A stretch of DNA of 64,000 nucleotides from an uncultured Candidatus Binatia bacterium (GTDB lineage: Bacteria; Desulfobacterota; Binatia; UBA9968; JAJDTQ01), in contig OZ243916.1 of NCBI GenBank assembly GCA_965213675.1, forward strand, positions 3,808,001-3,872,000, in the 5' to 3' direction. Position 1 is the stretch's first letter; the number at the start of each line of letters is the position of its first letter. This document shows positions 30,919 to 41,351 of the stretch, piece by piece. The position numbers were made by a program, and so were the translations under genes. Below the pieces are notes generated by a model. The model did not search any database, was not told the DNA's origin, and saw only the letters and a program-made list of their open reading frames with translations.

Positions 30919-32433
30919 TCACGCCGTCCGCTTGCCTTCCAGAAAACAGCTCAAAACCAGCCCCGTCACGGCGGCGGCCAGCCCCACCAGGAAGGCCCAC
31001 CACAGCGCGTTCACCAGCGCGCCGGTGAGGATGGGCATGAGGTCGGCGGGGATCAGCGCGCGGGTGGCGGGGTCGAGGAGGTTCTGCGGGTTCAGGAGCC
31101 TTTGCAGCACGGACTCCGGCACCGATGCCTTCAGGTCCGCGGCGATGACCGTGAAGGCCGAGTTCATGCGTTGCAGCAGGATGCTGCCCATGATGCTGAT
31201 GATCAGCGCGCCGCCGATGGTGCGGAACAGCATGACGGTGGAGGTGGCCACTCCCAGGTTCTGGAAGGGCACCGCGCCCTGGGCGGCCACGAGCGCGGTG
31301 ACGTTGGTCATGCCCATGCCTGTGCCGGCCGCGAAGGTCGCCATGAGCATCACGGTCATGCCGCCGGCTTCTTCCAGCAACATGAAGGGGATGTAACCGG
31401 CGACCATCAGGCTCATGCCCGTGGCGCAGACCCGGCGGTACCCCCAGGAAGTCGTGACGCGGCCGGCGGTCATGGAGCCCGCGGTCCAACCCACGCTCAA
31501 CGGCAGCAGGGCCACCCCGGCCAGGGAGGCGCTGCCGCCCAGGGCGCCCTGGACGTACAGCGGCAGGAACCCGACGACGCCGAAGATGCCCATGGCCGCC
31601 AGCAGGCTGAGACCGGCGGGCCGGCTGTAGCCGGACAAGCGGAAGAGCGTCATGGGCAGCAGCGGATCCCTGGCCCGGCCTTCCCTCAGGATGAACAGCC
31701 CCAGCAGCACGACGACTCCCACCACCACCGATACGGACTCCGCCGTGATCAGGTCGATCTGGTTGGCCGCCACCAGAAGGCCGTAAAACAGCAGCATCAA
31801 CGCGGAGAGGAGAATCGCGGCGCCTGCGAGGTCCAGCGACCGGCGCGCGCCCTCGGCGCGTTGCTCGCGAAAGCCCGCGAGGATGAGCCCGGCCGCCCCG
31901 ATGCCCAGGGGAAGATTGATCCAGAAGATCCAGCGCCAGTCCCAGTACTCCGCGATGAACCCGCCGCCGGCCGGCCCGAGCACCGAGGCGACACCCCAGA
32001 CGCTGGCGATGAGCCCCTGCATGCGCGCCCGCTGCTCCGCCGGAAAGACCACCCCCACGATGATGAACGCCAGGGCGTACACCGCGCCGCCGCCCATGCC
32101 CTGCACGGCGCGGAAGATGATGAGCTGGGTCATGCTCTGGGCCGCGCCGCAGGCCATGGACCCCAGGACGAAGGTTGCGATGGCCAGCAGGATGAGGGTG
32201 CGCCGGCTGTAGAGGTCCGAGAGCTTGCCGAAGATGGGCGTCGCCAGCGCCGAGGTGAGCATGTAGACCGAAAACACCCAACTGTACAGGTCGATCCCGC
32301 CCAGTTGGGAGACCACCGTGGGCATGGCGCTGCTCACGATGGTGGCGTCGATGGCGAAGAGGAATACCGCCAGCATGACCCCGGCGACGGCGACAGGGGC
32401 TCTGTTGGGGGCGTAGGCTGCCGGTTCCGTCAT
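30919..32433 (-). CDS. MFS transporter, DHA2/MDR type (14 TM)
   Basis: DATIVSSAMP, GKLSDLYSRR, RAVQGMGGG, LGPAGGG, WRWIFWINLP. Confidence 0.9.
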   Translation of the reverse strand: MTEPAAYAPNRAPVAVAGVMLAVFLFAIDATIVSSAMPTVVSQLGGIDLYSWVFSVYMLTSALATPIFGKLSDLYSRRTLILLAIATFVLGSMACGAAQSMTQLIIFRAVQGMGGGAVYALAFIIVGVVFPAEQRARMQGLIASVWGVASVLGPAGGGFIAEYWDWRWIFWINLPLGIGAAGLILAGFREQRAEGARRSLDLAGAAILLSALMLLFYGLLVAANQIDLITAESVSVVVGVVVLLGLFILREGRARDPLLPMTLFRLSGYSRPAGLSLLAAMGIFGVVGFLPLYVQGALGGSASLAGVALLPLSVGWTAGSMTAGRVTTSWGYRRVCATGMSLMVAGYIPFMLLEEAGGMTVMLMATFAAGTGMGMTNVTALVAAQGAVPFQNLGVATSTVMLFRTIGGALIISIMGSILLQRMNSAFTVIAADLKASVPESVLQRLLNPQNLLDPATRALIPADLMPILTGALVNALWWAFLVGLAAAVTGLVLSCFLEGKRTA

Positions 32434-32679
32434 GTTCCCGTGTCTGGCTCCATCACCACAGCAGGTACGGTACCAAGGCGCGCCCGTCACGACACGTCCG
32501 TTCCGTGGAACAGGCTGAGGCGAGACTCGTGGCGCATGGCGCCCGCTTCCGCGGAAACCAGGGGCCTCCCTACGGCCTGCGGGATCCGGTGATCGACGAG
32601 GAGCGGGTGCTGTTCAAGTGCCGCGTGGAACCGGTGGTCACGTTAGGAAAGCCTTGGCCGGATGACCTGGCCAGGGCGG

Positions 32680-35562
32680 TCAATCCCGCGGCGGAAACTC
32701 GAAGGCGACCTTGCCCTTGTCGTCGAGGACGAGCCAGGCGGCGAACTGGCGGCCGGATTTGGATGAGATGAACTCCGGCAGCAGGTCGGTCTTGCCCTCG
32801 GCCAGGAGCTTGGCCATCTGGGCGCGTTCCACGGGTTGTTCGAGGATCACCGTGCCGGACTTGAAGCGGCAGGGCTTCTTTTCCGTCTGGGAGTTCTCGC
32901 ACAGGTATTGCGATTGCCACTCGAACACCCGGCCGTCGCAACGGGGGCACTTGCCCACGGGTTCCCGGCCCGTGAAGTCGGCCTTGACGGCGGGCGTCCT
33001 GGCTGCGGCGGTGGCCGACTTCTTCGGCGCCCGCGGCTCGAATTCGAACCCGACCTTGTCGTCCTTGATCACCAGGAACGCCTTGAACGGGCGGCCGGTG
33101 CGCGCGGAGACGAAGCCCGGCAGCAGGTCGGTCCTGCCCTCGGCCAGGAGTTTCACGAACTGTTCGCGCGCCACTTCCTGGCGCAGGATGACCTTGCCGG
33201 AGCTGAACTCGCAGGTGCGCGTGTCGCCCACGGCTTTCTCGCACACGTAGCGCATGGGCAACTCGAACACCCGGCCGACGCAGCGCGGGCATTTGCCGAG
33301 GGGTTCCTGAGCGCTGAAGTCCGCCTGCGGCTCGGCTTCGCCGTCGCCGTTGCGCGCGCCGTTGCCGAAATCGAAGGCGATCTTGTGCTCCTCCGACAGG
33401 TTCAGCACCGCGGCGAAGGGGCGCCCTTGCCGGCTGCGGAAGCCTTGCAGCGGCCCGATCTGGCCCTTCTCGATGAGCGTTCCGGTTTCCTCCGCGGCCA
33501 GCAACCGTCCGGCGAGGATCTTGGGCAGGCTGAAATCGCAGTTGATGCAATGATAGTTGCGGTAGCGCTCATGCACCTCGCCCTGGCACCTGGGGCACGG
33601 CGCTGAAAGGGTGCCGAAGTCTCCGGGTATGGTGTCGTGTTCGTACTGGCGCGCCCGCTCGACGATCTGCCGGGTCATCTCGGCAATCTCGCCCATGAAC
33701 TCGTCGCGGCTCTTCTGGCCGCCCTGCATCTGGAAGAGTTGGTGTTCCCAGTTGCCGGTGAGTTCGGGCCTGGTGAGTTCCCGTACGCCGAGTCCGTTGA
33801 GCAATTCCATGAGCATGAAGGCCTTGGGCGTGGCCTGGAGCTCCTTGCCGTCCCGGACGATGTAGGCCTCGTCGATGAGTCCCTCGATGATGGACGCGCG
33901 GGTCGCCGAGGTACCCAGCCCCTTGCCCGCCATGGCCGCGCGCAGGTCCTCGTCGGTGACGAGCTTGCCGGCCCCTTCCATGGCGCCCAGCAGCGTGGCC
34001 TCGGTGAAGCGGGCGGGCGGGCGGGTCTGGTTCTGCTTGACCTCGACGCCGGTGGTCTCCACCGGCACGGCGTCCGCGCCGGTTTGGTCCGCGCGGTTGG
34101 CACGGCCGTTACCGCCGGGGGCCGTTGCCGCCGCGTCGTCCGCGCTCTCGGCCGTGGCGCGCAGAGGCGCCAGCGTGGGCTCGTCGCCCTTGCGCGCGTT
34201 GTCCCGTCCGTGGACCTCCAGCCAGCCCGCCTTGACCAGCACCTTGCCGGTGGTGCGGAAGGGCTCCCCCTCCACCCGCGTGATCCGGGTGGTCTCCAGG
34301 TACTCGGCGGCGGGGTAGAAGATCGCCAGGAAGCGCCGGGTGACGAGGTCGTAGATCTTCTGCTCGATCTCGTTCAGGCGCTTGGGCGCCTCGGTGGTGG
34401 GAATGATGGCGAAGTGGTCGGATATCTTGGCATTGTTGAAAATGCGCTTGTCGGGCTTGACCCAACTCTTCTCCAGGATGTTGTCCGCGAAGGGCGCGTA
34501 GCTCGTGTCCTTGAGCATCCGCAGCGAGTCCTTGACCGTGCCCACATAGTCCTCGGGCAACGCGCGCGAGTCGGTGCGCGGATAGGTCAACACCTTGTGG
34601 CGCTCGTAGAGGGCCTGGGCGATCTGCACGGTGCGGTTGGCGCTCAGGCCGAAGCGCGCGTTGGCCTCTCGCTGGAGGCTCGTGAGGTCGAACAGCGGCG
34701 GCGGCGCCTGCCGGGTGGGCTTGCTCTCCTCGGTGGCGCTGCCGGTCCTGTCCAGACACTTGTCGCGGATGGCTTCGGCCACGGCCTGTTCCCAGATCCG
34801 CTCGGCGCGGCCGTGGGGTTGGCGGTCGTTCTTCTTGAACCCTTCGTCGAACCAGCGCCCTTCGTACGCGCCGCCTTCCGCCTGGAACGTGGCGGTCACT
34901 TCCCAGTAGGGCTCGGGCCGGAAATCCCGGATGGCGGCCTCGCGCTCCGCCACGATGGCCAGGGTGGGGGTCTGCACCCGCCCCACGGTGGTCTTGTAGA
35001 AGCCGCCGGGCTTGGAATTGAACGCGGTCATGGCGCGGGTGCCGTTGATGCCCACGATCCAGTCGGCCTCGGATCGGCTCAGGGCCGCATCGGCCAGGGG
35101 TTGCATCTCCGTATCCTCGCGCAACTGAACGAAGCCGTTGCGGATGGCGTCCGGGGTCATGGACTGGAGCCACAGCCGCTTGATGGGTTTCTTCGCCTTG
35201 GCGTGGCGCACGATGTTGCGGAAGATCAGCTCGCCCTCGCGTCCAGCGTCGCAGGCATTCACCAGGGCGTCCACGTCCCGGCGCTTGATCAGCTTGACCA
35301 GGGTCTTCAGCCGGGAGGCGTTCTTCTGGATGGGCTTGAGGTCGAAGTAGGGCGGGATCACCGGCAGGTTGGCGAAGCTCCACTTGCCCTTCTTCGCCTC
35401 GACTCCTTCCGGCGGCACTTGCTCCAGCAGGTGGCCCACGGCGGACGACAGCACGTAGTCGTCGTTCTCGAAATAGTCCTGGTGCCGCTTGAAGCCGCCC
35501 AGCGCCTTGGCCACGTCCGAGGCCACCGACGGCTTCTCGGCGATGATCAGTGCCTTGCCCAT
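32680..35562 (-). CDS. topB: DNA topoisomerase III (type IA) with repeated C-terminal Zn-ribbon modules
   Basis: IIAEKPSVA, DAGREGELIF, GRVQTPTL, active-site TYPRTDS; CPRC-containing repeats at the C-terminus. Confidence 0.93.
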   Translation of the reverse strand: MGKALIIAEKPSVASDVAKALGGFKRHQDYFENDDYVLSSAVGHLLEQVPPEGVEAKKGKWSFANLPVIPPYFDLKPIQKNASRLKTLVKLIKRRDVDALVNACDAGREGELIFRNIVRHAKAKKPIKRLWLQSMTPDAIRNGFVQLREDTEMQPLADAALSRSEADWIVGINGTRAMTAFNSKPGGFYKTTVGRVQTPTLAIVAEREAAIRDFRPEPYWEVTATFQAEGGAYEGRWFDEGFKKNDRQPHGRAERIWEQAVAEAIRDKCLDRTGSATEESKPTRQAPPPLFDLTSLQREANARFGLSANRTVQIAQALYERHKVLTYPRTDSRALPEDYVGTVKDSLRMLKDTSYAPFADNILEKSWVKPDKRIFNNAKISDHFAIIPTTEAPKRLNEIEQKIYDLVTRRFLAIFYPAAEYLETTRITRVEGEPFRTTGKVLVKAGWLEVHGRDNARKGDEPTLAPLRATAESADDAAATAPGGNGRANRADQTGADAVPVETTGVEVKQNQTRPPARFTEATLLGAMEGAGKLVTDEDLRAAMAGKGLGTSATRASIIEGLIDEAYIVRDGKELQATPKAFMLMELLNGLGVRELTRPELTGNWEHQLFQMQGGQKSRDEFMGEIAEMTRQIVERARQYEHDTIPGDFGTLSAPCPRCQGEVHERYRNYHCINCDFSLPKILAGRLLAAEETGTLIEKGQIGPLQGFRSRQGRPFAAVLNLSEEHKIAFDFGNGARNGDGEAEPQADFSAQEPLGKCPRCVGRVFELPMRYVCEKAVGDTRTCEFSSGKVILRQEVAREQFVKLLAEGRTDLLPGFVSARTGRPFKAFLVIKDDKVGFEFEPRAPKKSATAAARTPAVKADFTGREPVGKCPRCDGRVFEWQSQYLCENSQTEKKPCRFKSGTVILEQPVERAQMAKLLAEGKTDLLPEFISSKSGRQFAAWLVLDDKGKVAFEFPPRD

Positions 35563-35636
35563 TTTGTTGTCTCGACTCGGATGAAGAACCCGAAAGCCAC
35601 GGCGTCCGCCCTCTCCGCGTACGCGTGTGAACAGTG

Positions 35637-35665
35637 CATATGTCTAATTGGAGTGTGCCTGTCAA
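35637..35665 (-). promoter_or_regulatory. Putative sigma-70 promoter of topB
   Basis: Minus strand TTGACA-N17-CATATG. Confidence 0.45.
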
Positions 35666-35844
35666 GCCACCCCGCCGGCCGTTCGCAGCGGCGGGTGAAT
35701 CCGTGTAACAAGGAGGGCGCCGGGACGCACGGGGAACCCGGGCCCGCGTTCCGGGGCCAGTCCGGACCCGGTTCGGGCCGTTCGGGTCCGGTTGCCTGCG
35801 CCGTTTCGCCTGCGCCGTATCCCGCGCCCACGCAAGGAGGATCC

Positions 35845-36672
35845 ATGCCCAACGTCAAGCTTTCCAGCGGCGTCGATCTCTACTACGAGACTCATGGAGC
35901 GGGCGAACCGCTCATCTTCGTGCCCTCCACCGCCTATTCGGGCGAGGTGTGGAAGCCCTCGCAGATGCCGCTGGCGGACTCCCTGAACCTCATCTTCCAC
36001 GACCCGCGCGGCTGCGGCCGCTCGGTGGCGCAGCAGAGAGTCTACACCATCGAGCTCATGGCCATGGACATCGTCGCGCTGATGGACCACATCGGCTGCG
36101 CGTCGGCCCACTTCATCGGCCACTCCATGGGCGGGCGTATCGCGCTGTCCCTGGCGCAGAACTTTCCCGGGCGCGTCAAGAGCCTGATCATGGCCGCCTC
36201 CGGCTCGGGCACCGCGGGGCGCGCCGGCGCCGACTGCGTGCCCGGTCTGCCCTTCGAATGGGTCCACGACATGGTGCGGCTGGGCTTCGAGAAGTTTGTC
36301 CGGGAGGAGATCGTGGAGACCGACACGTTTTTCACCGATGCCTACCGGGCGTCGCACCCTGCCGAAGTGGAAGCCTTTTACAGGCTCGCCTGGGAAACCC
36401 ACGCCAAGCTGCCGGAGTTCATCCAATTGGTCATGGCGCGGCACAGCTTCGAGGGCACGCACCGGCTGGGCGACGTGCGCTGCCCAACCCTGGTGCTCAT
36501 CGGCGACGGCGACACCGTGGGGAGCAACCACGTGGCGCAGGCCCAGGTGCTCAAGGACCGGATTCCGGGCGCGGAGTTGAAGGTCCTGGAAGGACAGACC
36601 CACGGATTCTTCTGGGAGGATCCGGAAGGCGCCAACGAAGTCATCCTCTCCTGGGTGAAGCGTCATAGCTGA
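35845..36672 (+). CDS. Alpha/beta hydrolase
   Basis: AAGGAGG SD; LYYETHGAGEP, DPRGCGRS, GHSMGG, LIGDGD, THGF. Confidence 0.88.
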   Translation: MPNVKLSSGVDLYYETHGAGEPLIFVPSTAYSGEVWKPSQMPLADSLNLIFHDPRGCGRSVAQQRVYTIELMAMDIVALMDHIGCASAHFIGHSMGGRIALSLAQNFPGRVKSLIMAASGSGTAGRAGADCVPGLPFEWVHDMVRLGFEKFVREEIVETDTFFTDAYRASHPAEVEAFYRLAWETHAKLPEFIQLVMARHSFEGTHRLGDVRCPTLVLIGDGDTVGSNHVAQAQVLKDRIPGAELKVLEGQTHGFFWEDPEGANEVILSWVKRHS

Positions 36673-36712
36673 GCCGGCGGTGCCGTCCGGAAGACGCAGC
36701 CCCGCGCCGCCC

Positions 36713-37915
36713 ATGCCCGGTGAGGCCGCTCGGCCGTCGTTCTGGACGCGCACGTTCCTCCTGCTGTGCGCGTCTCAATTCCTGGCCTACGGCCATCACG
36801 CGCTGCTGACGCCCACGCTGCCGCTTTACCTGGACCACCTGGGCGGCTCGCCTTTCGCCGTGGGCTTGCTGCTGGCCGCGTTCAGCGCCAGCAGCATCCT
36901 CATCCGGCCCTTGCTGGGCACATGGGTGGACACCCGTGGCGAGACCTTCGTCCTGAGCCTGAGTTGCGCCGGCCTGTGCCTGACGGTCCTCGTCTTCGTC
37001 GTCCCCTATGTTGAAGGGGCGTTCACCGCCAATGTCCTCCGGGGCTTTGCCTGGGCCGGCATCAACACCAGCGGCTACGCGTTCCTGGCGGCAGCGGTGC
37101 CCGACCACCGGCGCGGCGAGGCCAGCGGCTACTACTCCGGCATCCAGGCCAGCTCCTCGGTGTTCTTTCCCACCATGGCGCTGTGGATCATCGAATGGCC
37201 GGCGGGCGGTTACGCCGGCGTGTTCGTGCTGTCGAGCGCCGTGGCGCTGTTCGGCGCGGTCCTGGCCCGCGTGTGCGGACGGGGCGTTCAGCGGCAGGCG
37301 GGCGGCGCGCCTGCGCGGCTCCCCCGGGTGCCGTTCCGCGAACGCACCTGGTACGACCGCGGCATCGTTTTCGTCGCCTCTCTGCTCTTCTGCCTGAACC
37401 TGCCCTGGTCCGGCCTGACCTCGTTCATCGTCCTCTATGCCCGGGAGGTGGGGATCGAGAGCCTGGGCTGGTACTTCGTCGCCATCGGCTGCGCCAGCCT
37501 TGTGGGTCGCCCGCTCCTGGGCCGGGTCTCGGACCGCATCGGTCGTGTGCCGGCCATGCTCGCGGCCTACTTCCTGGAGATGGCCGGCGTGGGGCTGGTC
37601 CTCCTGGCGCGCGACGTGACCATGATGATGATCGCCGGGGTGTTCTTCTTCCTTGGCTACGCCATGGGCGTTTCCACCACCCTGGCTCTGGCCATGGAGC
37701 GCGCCGACCCCCGCCGCCGCGGCGTCGCCATGGCCACCTTCTCCATCGCCTTTCCGCTGGGCTCCGGCCTCGGCGCCGCCGTCGCCGGCGGCGTCATCGC
37801 GCTGGTGGGCTACCGCGGCATGTACCTGAGCCTCATCGGCGTGCTGGTGCTGGGCCTGCTGTTGACCCTGGCCCGACGGGCCTCGCTGGCAGCGCCGGGC
37901 CGCGCGGGCGGATGA
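36713..37915 (+). CDS. MFS transporter (12 TM)
   Basis: LIRPLLGTWVDTRG, RRGEA, GRVSDRIGR; start uncertain (36680 or 36713). Confidence 0.85.
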   Translation: MPGEAARPSFWTRTFLLLCASQFLAYGHHALLTPTLPLYLDHLGGSPFAVGLLLAAFSASSILIRPLLGTWVDTRGETFVLSLSCAGLCLTVLVFVVPYVEGAFTANVLRGFAWAGINTSGYAFLAAAVPDHRRGEASGYYSGIQASSSVFFPTMALWIIEWPAGGYAGVFVLSSAVALFGAVLARVCGRGVQRQAGGAPARLPRVPFRERTWYDRGIVFVASLLFCLNLPWSGLTSFIVLYAREVGIESLGWYFVAIGCASLVGRPLLGRVSDRIGRVPAMLAAYFLEMAGVGLVLLARDVTMMMIAGVFFFLGYAMGVSTTLALAMERADPRRRGVAMATFSIAFPLGSGLGAAVAGGVIALVGYRGMYLSLIGVLVLGLLLTLARRASLAAPGRAGG

Positions 37916-38078
37916 CCCCATGGCCGGGCGCTCGTCCTCGGTCACGTTCTGCCTCGCCGAGAGAGTTTTTTCGCCGAATCGGCTTGCGTCCCTACGACCG
38001 CTGCACTAGTCTATGACGATTTGTGGCGGGCGCTGGGCGCCTGCCAGGGTCAGTCCGAAACACGTCAAGGAGGTATTC

Positions 38079-39179
38079 ATGAAGTTTGAGACGTTGAAGA
38101 AAACAGGCCCTGCGCCAAGGTTCTTCACGGGCCTTTCGGGACTGGTGCTCGCGGTCTCGCTCTTGCTTCCCGCGGGAGCGTGGGCGCAGCGCTCGGAGGC
38201 GGAGTTGAAGAAACTCTTCGAGTCCAAGCCGGTGAACATCATCGTGGGCTCGGCCCCTGGCGGCGGCTACGATACGTTCTCGCGGCTGGTGGCGCGTTTC
38301 GTCGGCAACTACCTGCCAGGCAACCCGTCCTTCATCGTCCGCAACGTTCCGGGCGCGGGCCAGCTCCGCGGTCTGCGCCGGGCCATGAAGGCCAAGCCGG
38401 ACGGCATGACCCTGGGCCTGCTGCATCCCCGGTTCGTGCAGCGCGAACTGGCGGGCAAGGATGTGCCGGATTTCGATCTCAAGAAGGTGCGGGTGCTGGG
38501 GAGCCCGAGTTCCGGCTCGGTGCCGCGCATCTGGTGTGTGCAACGCAGCATCGGCTCCACCTACGCGGATCTGGTCAAGCGCGGCAAGCCCGTCACCAGC
38601 GGCGGCAACGCCCCGGGTGCGGCCTTCGGCATCGGCCCGCAGTTCGTTCAGGAGCTGGGCGGTCCGGTCAAGATGGTCTATGGCTACGGCGGCACTTCCG
38701 AGATCATGGCGGCATTCGACCGCGACGAGATGGAGGGCGTGGACCGCTGCGTGGAGGAGAACGTGCCGCGGCTCTTTCCGAAGTGGATCACCGACAAGAA
38801 GGTAGCGCCCATCTTCTGGTGGGAAAAGGAGCCTTCCAAGGACTGGATCGGCAAACTCGGGGCGGAAAAGGTGCCGCACCTCTTCGAGGTCGTCAATGCC
38901 ACCAAGGAGCAGGAGAATGCCTTCCTCGTGGCCCAGCAGTTCAACACGTTCAGCCGCATCTACGTGCTGCAGCCCGGAGTGCCGGACGACGTGTACGGAC
39001 TGTGGAAGAAGGCCTTCGAGGCAACCACCAAGGACGCCGGTTTTCTGAAGGCTGCGGGGGTTGCGGGCTACGAAGTATCGCTCGGTACGGCGGAAGACTT
39101 CAACGACGGACTCAAGCGCTACGAGTCGCTGACGCCGAACGGTGAGAAGCTGCTCAAGAAGCTCATGGGCATCAACTAG
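38079..39179 (+). CDS. Tripartite tricarboxylate transporter substrate-binding protein (TctC/Bug-like)
   Basis: AAGGAGG SD; signal peptide; IIVGSAPGGGYD, RNVPGAG, PDGMTLG, GYGG. Confidence 0.85.
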   Translation: MKFETLKKTGPAPRFFTGLSGLVLAVSLLLPAGAWAQRSEAELKKLFESKPVNIIVGSAPGGGYDTFSRLVARFVGNYLPGNPSFIVRNVPGAGQLRGLRRAMKAKPDGMTLGLLHPRFVQRELAGKDVPDFDLKKVRVLGSPSSGSVPRIWCVQRSIGSTYADLVKRGKPVTSGGNAPGAAFGIGPQFVQELGGPVKMVYGYGGTSEIMAAFDRDEMEGVDRCVEENVPRLFPKWITDKKVAPIFWWEKEPSKDWIGKLGAEKVPHLFEVVNATKEQENAFLVAQQFNTFSRIYVLQPGVPDDVYGLWKKAFEATTKDAGFLKAAGVAGYEVSLGTAEDFNDGLKRYESLTPNGEKLLKKLMGIN

Positions 39180-39226
39180 GAGTCAGGAGTCCGCGTCCCG
39201 CGGCGCGGGCTTCTCGGGTGCGAGAC

Positions 39227-39262
39227 AAAACGGCCATCCGCCATTCGGCGGATGGCCGTTTT
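39227..39262. terminator. Bidirectional intrinsic terminator
   Basis: AAAACGGCCATCCGCC-attc-GGCGGATGGCCGTTTT between convergent genes. Confidence 0.8.
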
Positions 39263-39270
39263 GCTCTCGG

Positions 39271-39816
39271 TCATCCCCAGAAAAGTCTGAGTAGCGGGGG
39301 ATCGTGCCAAGTGGCGTTCAGAAACCGGTCGTAGACACCCACGATCAGGCCCAGGAACAACAGCCCGACGACTGCGGACCAGATCCAGCCGGCACGGCCG
39401 TAGACGAGCACGTAGAAGAAGACCCACAGCGGGATCGCGATGTGGAAGCCCACGAGCCAGATGGCGGCGTAGAGCCCCAGGATGCTGAAGCAGATGCGGG
39501 CGAACCGCATCCGTTCGGCCCGGGGATCGCTGCCGGTGCGGAAGCCCAGGTCCATGATCATCTCTGACGAGGTTTCCTTGGCGCTGCGGATCAGGACGAT
39601 CAGACGCGCGATCCAGAAGGGCGTGCCGAGCCCGATGGCGATACGGGGCATGAGCGCCGAGCCCTCGGGCCAGGAGAAAGACTCGATGAACATGTAGACG
39701 AAGAGGCCCCCGACGATGGCCAGGAGAACGATTTCCCCCACCACTTCCATGGTAAGACCCCGCAGCGCCGTCCGGGCCGGATCCCTGCCGGTGTTCATGT
39801 CATTGTTCTCATCCAT
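39271..39816 (-). CDS. TctB-like small membrane subunit
   Basis: 181 aa, several TM segments, directly downstream of tctA with a 1-nt overlap. Confidence 0.75.
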   Translation of the reverse strand: MDENNDMNTGRDPARTALRGLTMEVVGEIVLLAIVGGLFVYMFIESFSWPEGSALMPRIAIGLGTPFWIARLIVLIRSAKETSSEMIMDLGFRTGSDPRAERMRFARICFSILGLYAAIWLVGFHIAIPLWVFFYVLVYGRAGWIWSAVVGLLFLGLIVGVYDRFLNATWHDPPLLRLFWG

Positions 39817-41351
39817 CAGTCGGCGTCCAATCCTCGCTCCTGACCTTCGCCGGTGGACTCCTCCGCGGCCCGCTTGGCCCCCTGTTGCATCCGCAGGCTT
39901 ACCACCATCACCAGGGCCATCACCACGATGATGGACAGGAACTGCGGGCGCGCAAACATCGACCAGCCGTAGCTGTTGGCCGATAGCCAGAGGTACTTCT
40001 CCACGATCTCCGCCAGCACCACGGCGATGAGGATCGGTGGCCGCGGCCAGCCGTAGCGCTTCATGAACAGGCCCAGAACGCCGAACACCAGCACCAGCCC
40101 CAAGTCCTCCATGGAATAGGTGGCCTGGAAGGCCGCCAGCGTCACCAGCGCGATGATGATGGGCGCAAGAATGTTGGGCGAGATGGCCGCGATGCGGGTC
40201 ATGTAAGGCGCGAACCAGAGCATGATGGGCACCACGATGACGTTGCCCAGCACGATGGTGTAAACGAGGCTGATGGTCAGATCCAGGTGCTCGGTCAACA
40301 TCGCCGGCCCCGGCTGGACACCCGACAGCACCAGGATCGCCAGCAGGATGGCCATGCCGCCGCTGCCTGGTATGCCGAACACCACCGTGGGGATCAGTAC
40401 GCCCCCGTCCACCGAGTTGTTGGCCGAGTCCGCGGCGATGACGCCGCGCACATCGCCCTTGCCGAAGGTCTCCATCGCGCCCTTCTCGGTATGGCGCGCC
40501 TGGGCGTAGGCGATCCAGTGCGCCCCGGAGGAGCCGATGCCCGGCATCATCCCGACAAACGTGCCGATGAGCGACGAGCGCACCAGCAGCCACTTGTTGT
40601 TGAGGGCTGCGCGCATGCCCTTGTAGACGTCCCGGTCCGCCTCCTTGAGCATGGTTTCGAGGCGCTCCCGGGCGATGGGAGTATTGGAAACCACCAGGTC
40701 CACCACCTCGGGTAGGGCGAAGAGGCCGATGACCACCGGAGCCAGGGGAATGCCGTCCCACAGGTAGTCGATGCCGAAGGTGGAACGGACATTGCCGCCG
40801 ATGACGGAGAAGCCGATCATGGAGATGGCGAGACCAAAACAGGCCGTGAGCATGCCCTTGACGAAGGCCCCGGAACTGACGATGGCCACGCACATGAGCC
40901 CCAGCAGCGACAGCAGAAAGAACTCGGCCGACCCGAACAGCCGCAGCAGCTCACGGGATATGGGCAGCGACAGCAGCAGCGCCAGCGCGCCGATGATGCC
41001 GCCCACCAGCGTGCACATGTAGCTGGCCCCCAAGGCCACGCCCGCCAGTCCCTGGCGCGCCAGAGGGTAGCCGTCGAGGATCGTCGCCTGGGCCGAGCGC
41101 GCTCCGGGAATGCCCATCAGAATGGACGGAACCGGCTCCGTGATGTCGCTGGCCGCCAGGAAAAAGACCATGGCGGTGACCGTGATCCACGGGTCCACGT
41201 ATCCCGCGAACCCCAGCAGCACCACCGCGATGGGCAGATTCCCGCCGGGCATCAGCCCCGAGATCAGCGCTACGGGCAGTATCACCAGAATCGCCAGCAG
41301 TGGCCCAAGCGAAAAGAGCTTACCTGCCGCGTCTATGGCAGCTTCCCACAT
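39816..41351 (-). CDS. TctA-like large membrane subunit
   Basis: ILMGIPG, ATILDGYPLA, FGKGDVRGVIAADSANN, FGIPGS, QPGP. Confidence 0.9.
   Translation of the reverse strand: MWEAAIDAAGKLFSLGPLLAILVILPVALISGLMPGGNLPIAVVLLGFAGYVDPWITVTAMVFFLAASDITEPVPSILMGIPGARSAQATILDGYPLARQGLAGVALGASYMCTLVGGIIGALALLLSLPISRELLRLFGSAEFFLLSLLGLMCVAIVSSGAFVKGMLTACFGLAISMIGFSVIGGNVRSTFGIDYLWDGIPLAPVVIGLFALPEVVDLVVSNTPIARERLETMLKEADRDVYKGMRAALNNKWLLVRSSLIGTFVGMMPGIGSSGAHWIAYAQARHTEKGAMETFGKGDVRGVIAADSANNSVDGGVLIPTVVFGIPGSGGMAILLAILVLSGVQPGPAMLTEHLDLTISLVYTIVLGNVIVVPIMLWFAPYMTRIAAISPNILAPIIIALVTLAAFQATYSMEDLGLVLVFGVLGLFMKRYGWPRPPILIAVVLAEIVEKYLWLSANSYGWSMFARPQFLSIIVVMALVMVVSLRMQQGAKRAAEESTGEGQERGLDAD

Noticed and set aside
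32505-32680. Short plus-strand coding-like stretch (VIDEERVLFKCRVEPVV)
   Set aside because: It is too short and unrecognisable to call.
37912-38016. 34-aa ORF ATGA-coupled to both the MFS stop and an upstream in-frame start of TctC
   Set aside because: It resembles the ybbA-ybbP relay but has only one unit. TctC has a strong AAGGAGG start at 38079 and a possible own promoter, so chance is likely.
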